Positions 23,603 through 31,155 of a stretch of 32,000 bases of DNA are shown in pieces. A model generated the notes under the pieces. The model was not told the origin of the DNA and searched no databases. It saw only the letters and a program-made list of their open reading frames with translations. Location of the stretch: positions 210,001-242,000 of the forward strand of contig DIRZ01000003.1 of assembly GCA_002421785.1 (NCBI GenBank), in the 5' to 3' direction. The translations under genes were made by a program, and so were the position numbers. Each line of letters opens with the position of its first letter. The stretch's first letter is position 1. The stretch comes from Candidatus Saccharimonadota bacterium (GTDB lineage: Bacteria > Patescibacteriota > Saccharimonadia > Saccharimonadales > Saccharimonadaceae).

Positions 23603-24482
23603 AAGTACGGTCATTACTAGGACGCTACGTCCAGCAATAAACCTTTCTCTACTGCACATTGTAACGCACTTTTAAAGCCGAGGCACTGCCTCGGCTTGTT
23701 GTTTATGCGAGTAACAACTTCGTCTATCTCCGCTTGGCTCACTGTGCTAAAGCCACTGCCCTTAGGGAAGTAATGTCGGAGCATTTTGTCAGCATTCTCT
23801 ACGCCACCCTTCTGCCAACTGGAGTATGGGCCTGTAAAGAAGTCGGGCGCACCCGTCTTCTTAGTAATGAGCTCGTGCTGTTTGTTCTCGATGCCGTTGT
23901 CGGTTGTCATGGTTCGTATGCGTAGATCTCTGGCTAGTCTAACTATTGCTTGAGCATACGGATCGGGCCTAAGGGTTAGAGCGAGTCTTGCTCTTACTGA
24001 CCGCGTTGTCCTTTCTTGGAGCACTGCGAGCGCAGCTGCCATCTGGAGCTATATAGCCAAGCGTAAATCTGCGTAGTGCTGACATATGGCAGTGTAGTCT
24101 GCTGAGCTCTTAAATAGCCTGAGATTGCTCGCGGGCTTCAGTCGTATGGAGGAGCTAAGCGCTCAGCTACAAACAATCAGAGCGCTGGATACTTCTCAAT
24201 CTTTTGCCACTGGCACCGTCGACTGCGTCTGGATACTCGGCTCTTCGCCTTAGCTTTCTTAGCGATATATTCACCAGCCACACTACTAAACTTGATCTCT
24301 CGGCTAATGGTACTCGGGCTTCGCCCGAGCACCTCCGCTATCTTACGTATGCTGTATCCTCTACCTTTAAGATCTCTATTTCGCTCCGCTCCGCGTCGCT
24401 CAAACCAATGTATTTCTTAGCCTGCATGTACCTATTTTAGTTGCTGAAATTTTAGTGAGTGTCCTAGTGTATTCCGTACTTT
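23603..24482 (-). mobile_element. decayed IS30-family insertion sequence with recognisable terminal inverted repeats
   Basis: Ends aagtacgg-tcatt-actaggac (23603-23623) and gtcctagt-gtatt-ccgtactt (24461-24482) match in inverted orientation at 16 of 21 positions. The interior encodes only fragments of an IS30 transposase. Confidence 0.7.
23617..24427 (-). pseudogene. IS30-family transposase pseudogene (frameshifted and internally deleted)
   Basis: From ATG 24427: MQAKKYIGLSDAERSEIEILK, then a frameshift to GRGYSIRKIAEVLGRSPSTISREIK (the IS30 HTH), with further stops. The intact C-terminal piece (23617..24042) has TTDNGIENKQHE...PYSSWQKGGVENADKMLRHYFPKG...NNKPRQCLGF. About 270 codons remain, against more than 300 for intact IS30 transposases. 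Confidence 0.8.
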
Positions 24483-24512
24483 GTGGGTTGACAGTATCAG
24501 GCCGCAGGGGCG

Positions 24513-25556
24513 CTACCGAACCTGACTGATTGGCCCAACTAGCTCTTCCAATACATCTTCGAGCATAATAACGCCGACTGTCACGCCATCACTCGTTTGT
24601 ACCTGTAAAATATGTGATTCGAGCGTTTTCATAAGGCCTAGCGCGCTCATGAGCGTAGATGCGGGAGTTACCACCCCAAGCGCGCGTACGCGGCTGGCAG
24701 AAAGCTTGGCTGTATAGGCGCGCGACGTAACACCCAAGATATCTTTGAGGTGTACATAGCCCTTAAACCCGCCCTTGCCGTTACTAATCGGAAAACGCGA
24801 AAAACCCGTTTGCACACTTAGCTGTTCAATGTCGTATGCCGTCGCGGCCGCAGGTGCCACAATCACATCTTTAGTCGGCAAAATAATACTTTCAATCGTG
24901 CGGTATTCGAAATCCAAACTTCCGCTCAGTCGATACTCTTCATCTTTTGTGATTAAGCCTTCTCGCTGTGATTCCTTCACGAACCCCGCAACCTCATCAC
25001 GGGAAAAGCTTGAGCGTACTTCGCGGCGCGGCTTAAGGCCAAGCATTCGAACCACCCCATTCGAAATACCATTAAGCATCCCGATAACCGGTTTCATAAT
25101 GCGCACAAAGCGGAAGAGCGGCGGTACCAAACGTAACGCGGCCTTTGTCGGGTCGGCCAGTGAAAGATTCTTTGGTATCATTTCACCAATTACCACGTGA
25201 ATCGAAACCATCAACACCAGTGCAATCGACAGTGCAATCGGGTGCAACAAGTATTCCGGCATCCCCGTTGCTTCAAGTATAGGTTCGAGCGCATGAGCAA
25301 CCAGCGGTTCGCTAATCGCACCAAAAATCAGGCTACATAGCGTTACCCCCAGCTGCCCCCCAGCAAGCGCCAGTGATACGTCATCCATCGCCTTCAACGA
25401 AATCCGCGCAGCTGCACTCCCCTTGAGCGCCAGTAGTTCAATTTGCGTCCTACGTGCCGACAGGAGCGCAAACTCAGCGCCGACAAAAAAAGCATTTCCA
25501 ACGAGTGACAATACGGCGATAATAAGCGAATATTCGATACTCATACTATGCTCCAT
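24513..25556 (-). CDS. CNNM/CorC-family transporter (DUF21 plus CBS pair, no CorC_HlyC domain)
   Basis: N-terminal 4-TM DUF21 (GAEFALLS), GEMIPKN and a CBS pair. 347 aa. Confidence 0.8.
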   Translation of the reverse strand: MEHSMSIEYSLIIAVLSLVGNAFFVGAEFALLSARRTQIELLALKGSAAARISLKAMDDVSLALAGGQLGVTLCSLIFGAISEPLVAHALEPILEATGMPEYLLHPIALSIALVLMVSIHVVIGEMIPKNLSLADPTKAALRLVPPLFRFVRIMKPVIGMLNGISNGVVRMLGLKPRREVRSSFSRDEVAGFVKESQREGLITKDEEYRLSGSLDFEYRTIESIILPTKDVIVAPAAATAYDIEQLSVQTGFSRFPISNGKGGFKGYVHLKDILGVTSRAYTAKLSASRVRALGVVTPASTLMSALGLMKTLESHILQVQTSDGVTVGVIMLEDVLEELVGPISQVR

Positions 25557-26892
25557 TCCTCCGAACTGGTCGCGATACGCTCATAATCAGTTCATCAACT
25601 CGTCGACCTTCCATTTTTTCTACCTTTAGGCGCACTTCGACGGTATTACCAGAGCGATCAATAGCCGCAATTGTAACCGCATCGCCTTTTTTCGGCACCC
25701 GCTCAAGTTCATGCATACACAGACCACCGATTGTTTCTACGTCGTCTTCTTCCGGAAGTGCGTACCCCAAGCTCTGGGCAATTTCATCGGGTCGCAACAG
25801 CCCCGAAACGTTCCATGTACGCGTCGCAATCTTTCGTATTACAGTGTCATCATCCGTATCATGCTCATCATACATATCACCCACCAGCTCCTCAAGTAGG
25901 TCTTCGATTGTCACCACGCCGTCAAATCCGCCAAACTCATCAACCACAACCGCAAGATGCGGCTTGCCTTTTTTCAGAATATTTAACAATGGGCCGAGTT
26001 CAATGGTAGAGGGCACGAATTGCGGTTCAATCATAAGGTCTTTTACCTGAACGTGCGCACGCTGGTCGCGTGCGACTTCCATTGCGTGCTTTATCCGCAC
26101 CACGCCGACAATATTGTCGACAGTGCCCCGATACACAGGAAAACGCGAAAAACCTGTTCGCTTCGTTAGCTTACTAACGTACTCGGCAGTTTCCGTGTCT
26201 TTTACCGCCTTTACCTGCACGCGTGGCGTCATGATGTCGAGGGCTGTCAACTCACGGAAATTCAGGGAGCGTTCAAGCATGAGCGCAGTCTTTTTGGTAA
26301 GGGTCCCCTTTTCAGCAGAGCGACGCACGAGCGAGAGAAGCTCGTCTGCAGACCGCGCACTCGACAGCTCTTCCTGAGGAGATACGCCGCGCCAATGGAG
26401 AAACGCATTTGCGCTACCGTTGAGTACTTTAATGAGTGGCATGGCGACAGCAGTAAATGCGCGTAGTGGTAGTTGCAACGCGCGGAGCGTTGCAAGTGGG
26501 CTAATAATGGCTATATTTTTCGGGACAAGTTCACCGAATACCATGGTTATCGCTGTCGCTAAAGTGATTGCCAGTACCGTTGCAATACCGTGAATAGCCG
26601 CTTGGCTAATCGCTGTCCACTCAAAGAAAGGAGTAATTAATCGCGCGATTGACGGTTCGGCTAAATAACCAATACCAAGGTTCGTCACGGTAATTCCAAT
26701 CTGGACACTCGACAGCTGCGTCGACAGCGAGCGCAACGCGTGCAAAATACCCACCGCACTACCGTCCCCAGACTCCGCAAGCTTCTCTACTGTCGAGCGA
26801 TTGACTGCAAGCAACGCAAATTCAACAGCAACAAATGCGCCGCACACCAGAACAAGGATTATCGACAACAACAAAAACCACAATTCAGTCAT
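25546..26892 (-). CDS. CNNM/CorC/TlyC-family transporter (DUF21 plus CBS pair plus CorC_HlyC)
   Basis: DUF21 (AVEFALLAV), GELVPKN, a CBS pair and a C-terminal transporter-associated domain. 448 aa. Overlaps the downstream paralogue by 11 nt. Confidence 0.85.
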   Translation of the reverse strand: MTELWFLLLSIILVLVCGAFVAVEFALLAVNRSTVEKLAESGDGSAVGILHALRSLSTQLSSVQIGITVTNLGIGYLAEPSIARLITPFFEWTAISQAAIHGIATVLAITLATAITMVFGELVPKNIAIISPLATLRALQLPLRAFTAVAMPLIKVLNGSANAFLHWRGVSPQEELSSARSADELLSLVRRSAEKGTLTKKTALMLERSLNFRELTALDIMTPRVQVKAVKDTETAEYVSKLTKRTGFSRFPVYRGTVDNIVGVVRIKHAMEVARDQRAHVQVKDLMIEPQFVPSTIELGPLLNILKKGKPHLAVVVDEFGGFDGVVTIEDLLEELVGDMYDEHDTDDDTVIRKIATRTWNVSGLLRPDEIAQSLGYALPEEDDVETIGGLCMHELERVPKKGDAVTIAAIDRSGNTVEVRLKVEKMEGRRVDELIMSVSRPVRRNGA

Positions 26893-26989
26893 ACGAAGCG
26901 GTTTACGTTAATTTTGTATTCATAATAATTACTTATACTATAGCATGGTTACGGCTTGTTGTATAGCATATACACGTTGCCCTATCGCC

Positions 26990-27367
26990 CTACGGACGCT
27001 TCTCAACACGGTCTATGTCTGCATGATTCATACCATAATGATGGGCGATTTCGTGCCAGAGTGTCCGCTTGATACTTGCACGTAATGCATCGTCACTCCC
27101 CGATATCGATACAAGCGGATGCTTGAAAAGCGTAATTTTGTCAGGCAACACGAATTGATAGCCTGCCCCTCGCTGCGTTAGCGGCACGCCCTCATACAAC
27201 CCGAGCAACAAATGCCCGTGACGCACACCCTGGCGAGTGAGTTGCTCGGCGCTTGGTTCATCTGCCATTACAACGGCAACGTTATTAAGATTGCGTATGT
27301 ACTGCTGCGGCAGCTCGTTCATCGCTGCCGTAATGAGTTCATCGAATTGCTGATCGCTTAATTCCAT
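26990..27367 (-). CDS. minimal zinc metallopeptidase-like protein (COG3824 / MMP-like family)
   Basis: 125 aa with LLGLYEGVPLTQR and the HExxH-type WHEIAHHYGM. Confidence 0.7.
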   Translation of the reverse strand: MELSDQQFDELITAAMNELPQQYIRNLNNVAVVMADEPSAEQLTRQGVRHGHLLLGLYEGVPLTQRGAGYQFVLPDKITLFKHPLVSISGSDDALRASIKRTLWHEIAHHYGMNHADIDRVEKRP

Positions 27368-27762
27368 TATTCTTCCGAGAAGTCACATACAGAATAATCG
27401 TACAATTCGTCGTACGTAACTTTACCGATTAAGTCGGCTTTTGCTGCGACTTTCTGCTGACGACACTCGTCTGACTTTTGACTCGCAACTCGAGCACGCT
27501 CTTCCTTTACTTTAGCGGCCGCCTGGCGCTCTTTAGCTTGCTGTTGCTGATAATACGCATACCCGGCCGTTCCTATCATAAAAAAGACCACAAGCCCGGC
27601 AAACAGCGCATAGTGAACACGCGTCGGCCGCCAAATAAACGCAACCTTTCGGCGTTGCTTCGGTGCGGCATTCATTTTACGTTCGAGTAGTAAAGAGGTG
27701 CGCGAAAGCGCCATGGCTTTTTTGCCAATACGTCGACGATTTACCCGGTATTGCCCGGTCAT
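27367..27762 (-). CDS. single-pass membrane protein, unknown function
   Basis: I prefer the ATG at 27762, which is preceded by gaggggga. One TM (HYALFAGLVVFFMIGTAGYAY) is followed by a Q/K/A-rich helix. Its TAA shares one base with the ATG of the downstream peptidase gene (TAATG). Confidence 0.5.
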   Translation of the reverse strand: MTGQYRVNRRRIGKKAMALSRTSLLLERKMNAAPKQRRKVAFIWRPTRVHYALFAGLVVFFMIGTAGYAYYQQQQAKERQAAAKVKEERARVASQKSDECRQQKVAAKADLIGKVTYDELYDYSVCDFSEE

Positions 27763-27941
27763 TTGTCCCCCTCGCTGCATTATCATTATCATATCAATCG
27801 CAGCGACCCGAAGCAAGCCCAACCCACTGGTATCAGCGTACGAGCTAAGTCCGCATAAATAACCTGCGTCGATCGGCTGAACTATCATCGAACTACACTC
27901 TGTGTGTGCGTTGAACATCTTGGCCCAACAAACCCTCGCCC

Positions 27942-27970
27942 TTGATACTTTGCCCTAACTCTAGTAAAAT
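27942..27970 (+). promoter_or_regulatory. promoter of tRNA-Phe
   Basis: TTGATA, 17-nt spacer, TAAAAT. Confidence 0.55.
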
Positions 27971-27984
27971 ACAAATACCGTTCT

Positions 27985-28060
27985 GGCTCTTTAGCTCAGT
28001 TGGTAGAGCAGCGGCCTGAAGAGCCGCGTGTCCCCAGTTCAAGTCTGGGAGGAGCCACCA
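27985..28060 (+). tRNA. tRNA-Phe (anticodon GAA)
   Basis: Canonical cloverleaf with D-loop agttggta, anticodon loop ctGAAga, T-loop ttcaagt and an encoded CCA. Confidence 0.92.
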
Positions 28061-28066
28061 AGTAAA

Positions 28067-28091
28067 CATCTCACCGTTCGGTGGGATTTTT
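28067..28091 (+). terminator. terminator after tRNA-Phe
   Basis: atctcacc-gttc-ggtgggat followed by ttttt. Confidence 0.65.
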
Positions 28092-28188
28092 GCTATAAGT
28101 AACTTAGCCGTCGTGTGCTTAGTATCGCAAGGCCAACGACTTAGCACGATTCGCACCCAGGAGTATTGCTCATAAGCCCTCCATTCTT

Positions 28189-28197
28189 TGGTATAAT
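28189..28197 (+). promoter_or_regulatory. extended -10 promoter element of tRNA-Gly(CCC)
   Basis: tggtataat ends 10 nt before the mature 5' end. No good -35 was found. Confidence 0.5.
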
Positions 28198-28207
28198 AGT
28201 CTCTAGC

Positions 28208-28282
28208 GCGGGTATCGTATAACGGCTATTATGCTACCTTCCCAAGGTAGAAACGAGAGTTCGACTCTCTCTACCCGCACCA
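28208..28282 (+). tRNA. tRNA-Gly (anticodon CCC)
   Basis: Acceptor gcgggta/tacccgc, anticodon arm ctacc-ttCCCaa-ggtag, T-arm gagag-ttcgact-ctctc and an encoded CCA. Confidence 0.88.
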
Positions 28283-28304
28283 AATCGGAACTAGAACGGA
28301 AATT

Positions 28305-28329
28305 GTGGCGCGAATGTGCCGCTTTTTCT
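28305..28329 (+). terminator. terminator after tRNA-Gly(CCC)
   Basis: gtggcgc-gaat-gtgccgc (includes two G-U pairs) followed by tttttcttt. Confidence 0.55.
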
Positions 28330-28331
28330 TT

Positions 28332-28446
28332 AGCCGCGCCGCCTGTCCGCCGCATGAGGACACATCCCACCAGCCGTCCCCTTTGCCTTTTTCTGAGATT
28401 TCCCCCGCCGAATTTATTTTTTAGCTGAAAAGGGATTGGCGGGTGG
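28332..28446. repeat. left copy of long inverted repeat (IR-L)
   Basis: 28378-28446 is the exact reverse complement of 30678-30746 (69 bp). Imperfect similarity extends outward to about 28332. Confidence 0.9.
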
Positions 28447-28526
28447 GTGCGGTGTCGCTTTAGCGACATTGGCAGGTCGCTATATTTACTAGATATAGTG
28501 CGTATTTTCGATGTTCTTGACGGATA

Positions 28527-28535
28527 TGATATTAT
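28527..28535 (+). promoter_or_regulatory. candidate extended -10 promoter for the protease gene
   Basis: tgatattat (TGnTATTAT) lies about 60 nt upstream of the ATG. A TTGACG at 28517 is too close to serve as its -35. Confidence 0.35.
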
Positions 28536-28594
28536 GAATATGAGGTAGATGGTATCTTGTACCTTGCAAATAGCAATAATTAAAGGGAGGGCGT

Positions 28595-29212
28595 ATGAAA
28601 ATATTAAAAAATAAACTCATTGGCGCAGTCGTAGCGATAGCTGCACTGTGTTTATTCCCGACGAGTAGTGCGTTTGCAGCGACACCGCTTTTCGGATACA
28701 AATATCAAAATGGCGTAGGAAGCATAAACGCCTGGATCAATTACGGATCGGGTGTTGGATACTGGCAAACTTATATCAACGGAGCAACAAATAATTGGAT
28801 GTACACAGGCTGGGCGAACCCAGTCTATATTAATTATGTGAGCAGTAATTATGGCTCCAATTTGGATTTTCACCAGAATAATAATGCTTATTTCATGTCC
28901 CCTCCTGGTACAGTTACTCTCGCATGGACTAGGTTCTTCAATGGCAGTGGAATTGAAATCTACCCATGGAACGCAAACTGGTATTACGCAGAAGTCCATA
29001 TTAATAATGATGCCTATAGGGATCCTGGCTTTTCTAATAGCCAAGCACAAGGCACTACAACTCACGAAGTTGGTCATGCTCTCGGCCTCGCTCACTACAA
29101 TACTAATCCCTATAGCATAATGTGCCAGACGTACCCTGGCCCGGGTGTTCCGGGCAGAGCCGTACAGACCGTTCAAAAAGTTGATAATGACGCGATAAAT
29201 AGCCTGTATTAA
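28595..29212 (+). CDS. secreted matrixin-like (M10/metzincin) zinc metalloprotease
   Basis: Signal peptide MKILKNKLIGAVVAIAALCLFPTSSAFA, metzincin motif HEVGHALGLAH (HExxHxxGxxH), a candidate Met-turn SIM, and C-terminal DNDAINSLY resembling the MMP DDxxGIQxLY. Strong RBS agggaggg. Confidence 0.8.
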   Translation: MKILKNKLIGAVVAIAALCLFPTSSAFAATPLFGYKYQNGVGSINAWINYGSGVGYWQTYINGATNNWMYTGWANPVYINYVSSNYGSNLDFHQNNNAYFMSPPGTVTLAWTRFFNGSGIEIYPWNANWYYAEVHINNDAYRDPGFSNSQAQGTTTHEVGHALGLAHYNTNPYSIMCQTYPGPGVPGRAVQTVQKVDNDAINSLY

Positions 29213-29228
29213 TAAAAGGAAGGAAGTC

Positions 29229-29981
29229 ATGGACATGGTAAAAAATACTAACCAAAAAATGAGTAAGCCAAAGATATACACGCTCGCAATTGCAGTTGTG
29301 CTGGCAGTGGGTGGAGTCGCGTCATACGTGTTAATCTCATCTCATACCGCAAATGACCAGACGAATAAGAGGGGGCAAGTTGTGGTGGCGCAGCAAGGAG
29401 ATAGAGAGTATAACGCATATGCAAGCATTTCTGACAGTGACATTCAACGCACAGGAAGTGATGTTGACTTTATGTGGAAGCCTGAGCTATATCCCATTGT
29501 GGCACTAGTTCATATTGATTCGATTGATGGTGGGCGAACGTACAGTCCGGTTTATGAGCAATATGTCGCTCCGCATACCTATGGCAAGATGACTGTTAAA
29601 GAAGCATACCGTGGCGATGTAAAGCTCGGACAAGAATTGAACTACGCGCGTCTTGGTGGAACAGTGACGTATGAAGACTACTGGAAGAGTCTGAATAAAC
29701 AGCAGCAAGATAAGATTCTTCACTTGAATAATGGTAAGCAACCTGCCCACAAAAAATATGTTAAGGCCACAATCTCCGATGACATTGATATAGAGTCGGG
29801 CAAGGACTATGTCGCTTTTATTTCGCCGCAATCTTCTAAGGACGGAAAAGTTACAGAATATATCATTGGCGGATACCAGCTCGGCCTTAGAGAAGTTAAG
29901 GGATCGGGTGCCGATGCTACAGTCCTCAATAATAGCACTAAGCAGTGGGATAAACTAGATAGTGTCATAAAACAAGACTAA
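29229..29981 (+). CDS. membrane-anchored orphan protein co-transcribed with the protease
   Basis: RBS aaggaaggaag, starting 16 nt after the protease stop. N-terminal TM (IYTLAIAVVLAVGGVASYVLI) followed by a soluble domain of about 210 aa. No family recognised. Confidence 0.6.
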   Translation: MDMVKNTNQKMSKPKIYTLAIAVVLAVGGVASYVLISSHTANDQTNKRGQVVVAQQGDREYNAYASISDSDIQRTGSDVDFMWKPELYPIVALVHIDSIDGGRTYSPVYEQYVAPHTYGKMTVKEAYRGDVKLGQELNYARLGGTVTYEDYWKSLNKQQQDKILHLNNGKQPAHKKYVKATISDDIDIESGKDYVAFISPQSSKDGKVTEYIIGGYQLGLREVKGSGADATVLNNSTKQWDKLDSVIKQD

Positions 29982-30024
29982 CTGCTTCCTATCTATCTAA
30001 GAGTAGCGTAGTAGATAAAAATAC

Positions 30025-30062
30025 AAATAGAAATGAGCGGCACTAGCCGCTCATTTCTATTT
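30025..30062. terminator. bidirectional terminator, perfect 16-bp stem
   Basis: aaatagaaatgagcgg-cactag-ccgctcatttctattt. Confidence 0.75.
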
Positions 30063-30154
30063 AGTAGCCTTAGCCTCTAATTAAAGACACTAAACTCTTG
30101 CAGTCCGTCTCTTGTCATTTTTGAGTGGAATTAATTTGTGTTGACTTCCACCCA

Positions 30155-30532
30155 CTAACATTCTTTTACGAGACCAAGCAGTTGTTCTGAGAGTTGCTCT
30201 AGTTCCTTGCTGGTAAGCTTATCAGTACTATACGGCCTGACGCCGAACGGCGTCTTCTCAGTATGATGCTCGATATTGTCAATATTGTCAATATTCTTGC
30301 CTCCTTGTAAAGCACTAATGATATTTGAAAGCGTGTCCTTGTTCTCAAGATCGGAGTTTTCGTATTTACTTAGATTCTTCTCATCTACTGAATTGTCAGT
30401 TTATTTTACTGTTTGGTTTGACTGCTTGCCTACAAAGTAGGCTGCGCCGAGGCATGTACCCACAAAAGCAGGCAGATAACGGCTCAGATTAATATAAGCT
30501 GTTGACTTGTCAATTGTTATTTTACTAGACAT
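30155..30532 (-). pseudogene. small membrane-anchored ORF interrupted by an in-frame TAA
   Basis: Minus strand: 43 codons from ATG 30532 (MSSKITIDKSTAYINLSRYLPAFVGTCLGAAYFVGKQSNQTVK), then TAA at 30403..30401. The same frame stays open for 81 more codons, to TAG at 30157..30155. Confidence 0.5.
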
Positions 30533-30677
30533 GTAGAATACTCTTTTTCGGATTATACGTTTCTATATTCCATATTATACAACTGTAGTTAATCACATAA
30601 TCTACATGATAAGGAGGCGTAGCGCGTCGGCTACGCCGACTAGAGCCGCGCTGCCTCTGCCATTTATGGCAAGCGAA

Positions 30678-30792
30678 CCACCCGCCAATCCCTTTTCAGC
30701 TAAAAAATAAATTCGGCGGGGGAAATCTCAGAAAAAGGCAAAGGGGGCGGCTGGTGGGGCGCGTCCAGCTTTGCTGGACAGACGGCGCGGCT
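30678..30792. repeat. right copy of long inverted repeat (IR-R)
   Basis: Reverse complement of IR-L. See IR-L for details. The unit 30641-30796 is itself quasi-palindromic. Confidence 0.9.
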
Positions 30793-30850
30793 CAGAGATT
30801 AGTTTTTGTGTTAAAATGGGTTCGAGCTTTGGAATACAGAGCCACCAATA

Positions 30851-30873
30851 TAAAACCCCCACCGACGTGAGGG
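30851..30873 (-). terminator. terminator downstream of DUF4342 gene
   Basis: On the minus strand: ccctcac-gtcg-gtggggg followed by tttta. Confidence 0.55.
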
Positions 30874-30900
30874 CTTTATATTATACAGCCAATAGTTAGG

Positions 30901-31146
30901 TTATTTGCGCTCGACAATGATTTTACATTCAGTCACAAGTGCAGCAATTGCCCCAATACCTGCAAGCGCAGGCACCAGCACAGCCCCAACAACCCCGACA
31001 GTCAAAGGCAACTCAACAATCGTCTCGTCATCCTTGCTTTTGATGACAATGCGTCGAACATTCCCTTCCGCGATTAGTTCTTTGACTTTTTTCAGGAGCC
31101 GTTCGCCGTCAACCACAAATTCTTCAGTATTCTTTTGTTCAGTCAT
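30901..31146 (-). CDS. DUF4342-domain protein
   Basis: 81 aa. VKELIAEGNVRRIVIKSKDDETIVELPLTVGVVGAVLVPALAGIGAIAALVTECKIIVER matches the DUF4342 pattern as I recall it. Confidence 0.65.
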   Translation of the reverse strand: MTEQKNTEEFVVDGERLLKKVKELIAEGNVRRIVIKSKDDETIVELPLTVGVVGAVLVPALAGIGAIAALVTECKIIVERK

Positions 31147-31155
31147 TATGATTCC

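Noticed and set aside
28203-28469. Track ORFs 28203..28469 (-) and 28231..28428 (+)
   Set aside because: They run through tRNA-Gly(CCC), its terminator and the inverted repeat. The same repeat sequence would have to encode protein on both sides of the cassette. They are treated as non-coding.
28480-28498. Palindrome ctatat-ttactag-atatag upstream of the protease promoter, considered as an operator
   Set aside because: It has 6-bp AT-only arms in AT-rich DNA and no cognate regulator nearby. It is not distinguishable from chance.
28652-29281. 209-aa antisense ORF opposite the protease gene
   Set aside because: The sense ORF has an RBS, a signal peptide and a complete HExxHxxGxxH motif. The antisense ORF has no RBS or motif and is explained by AT-rich sequence poor in stops in that frame.
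30271-30295. Tandem attgtcaat-attgtcaat repeat, considered as a CRISPR or VNTR
   Set aside because: There are only two 9-nt units with no spacers. It is best explained as an NID-NID codon repeat in the interrupted ORF. No CRISPR array exists anywhere in the window.
30815-30850. Possible tRNA-Phe 3'-end relic (gggttcgagctttggaatacagagccacca) that could mark an attR for an island starting at tRNA-Phe
   Set aside because: Only the last 8 nt (agccacca) and a loose gttcRag match. No T-stem pairing is present. It is too weak to call without a search.
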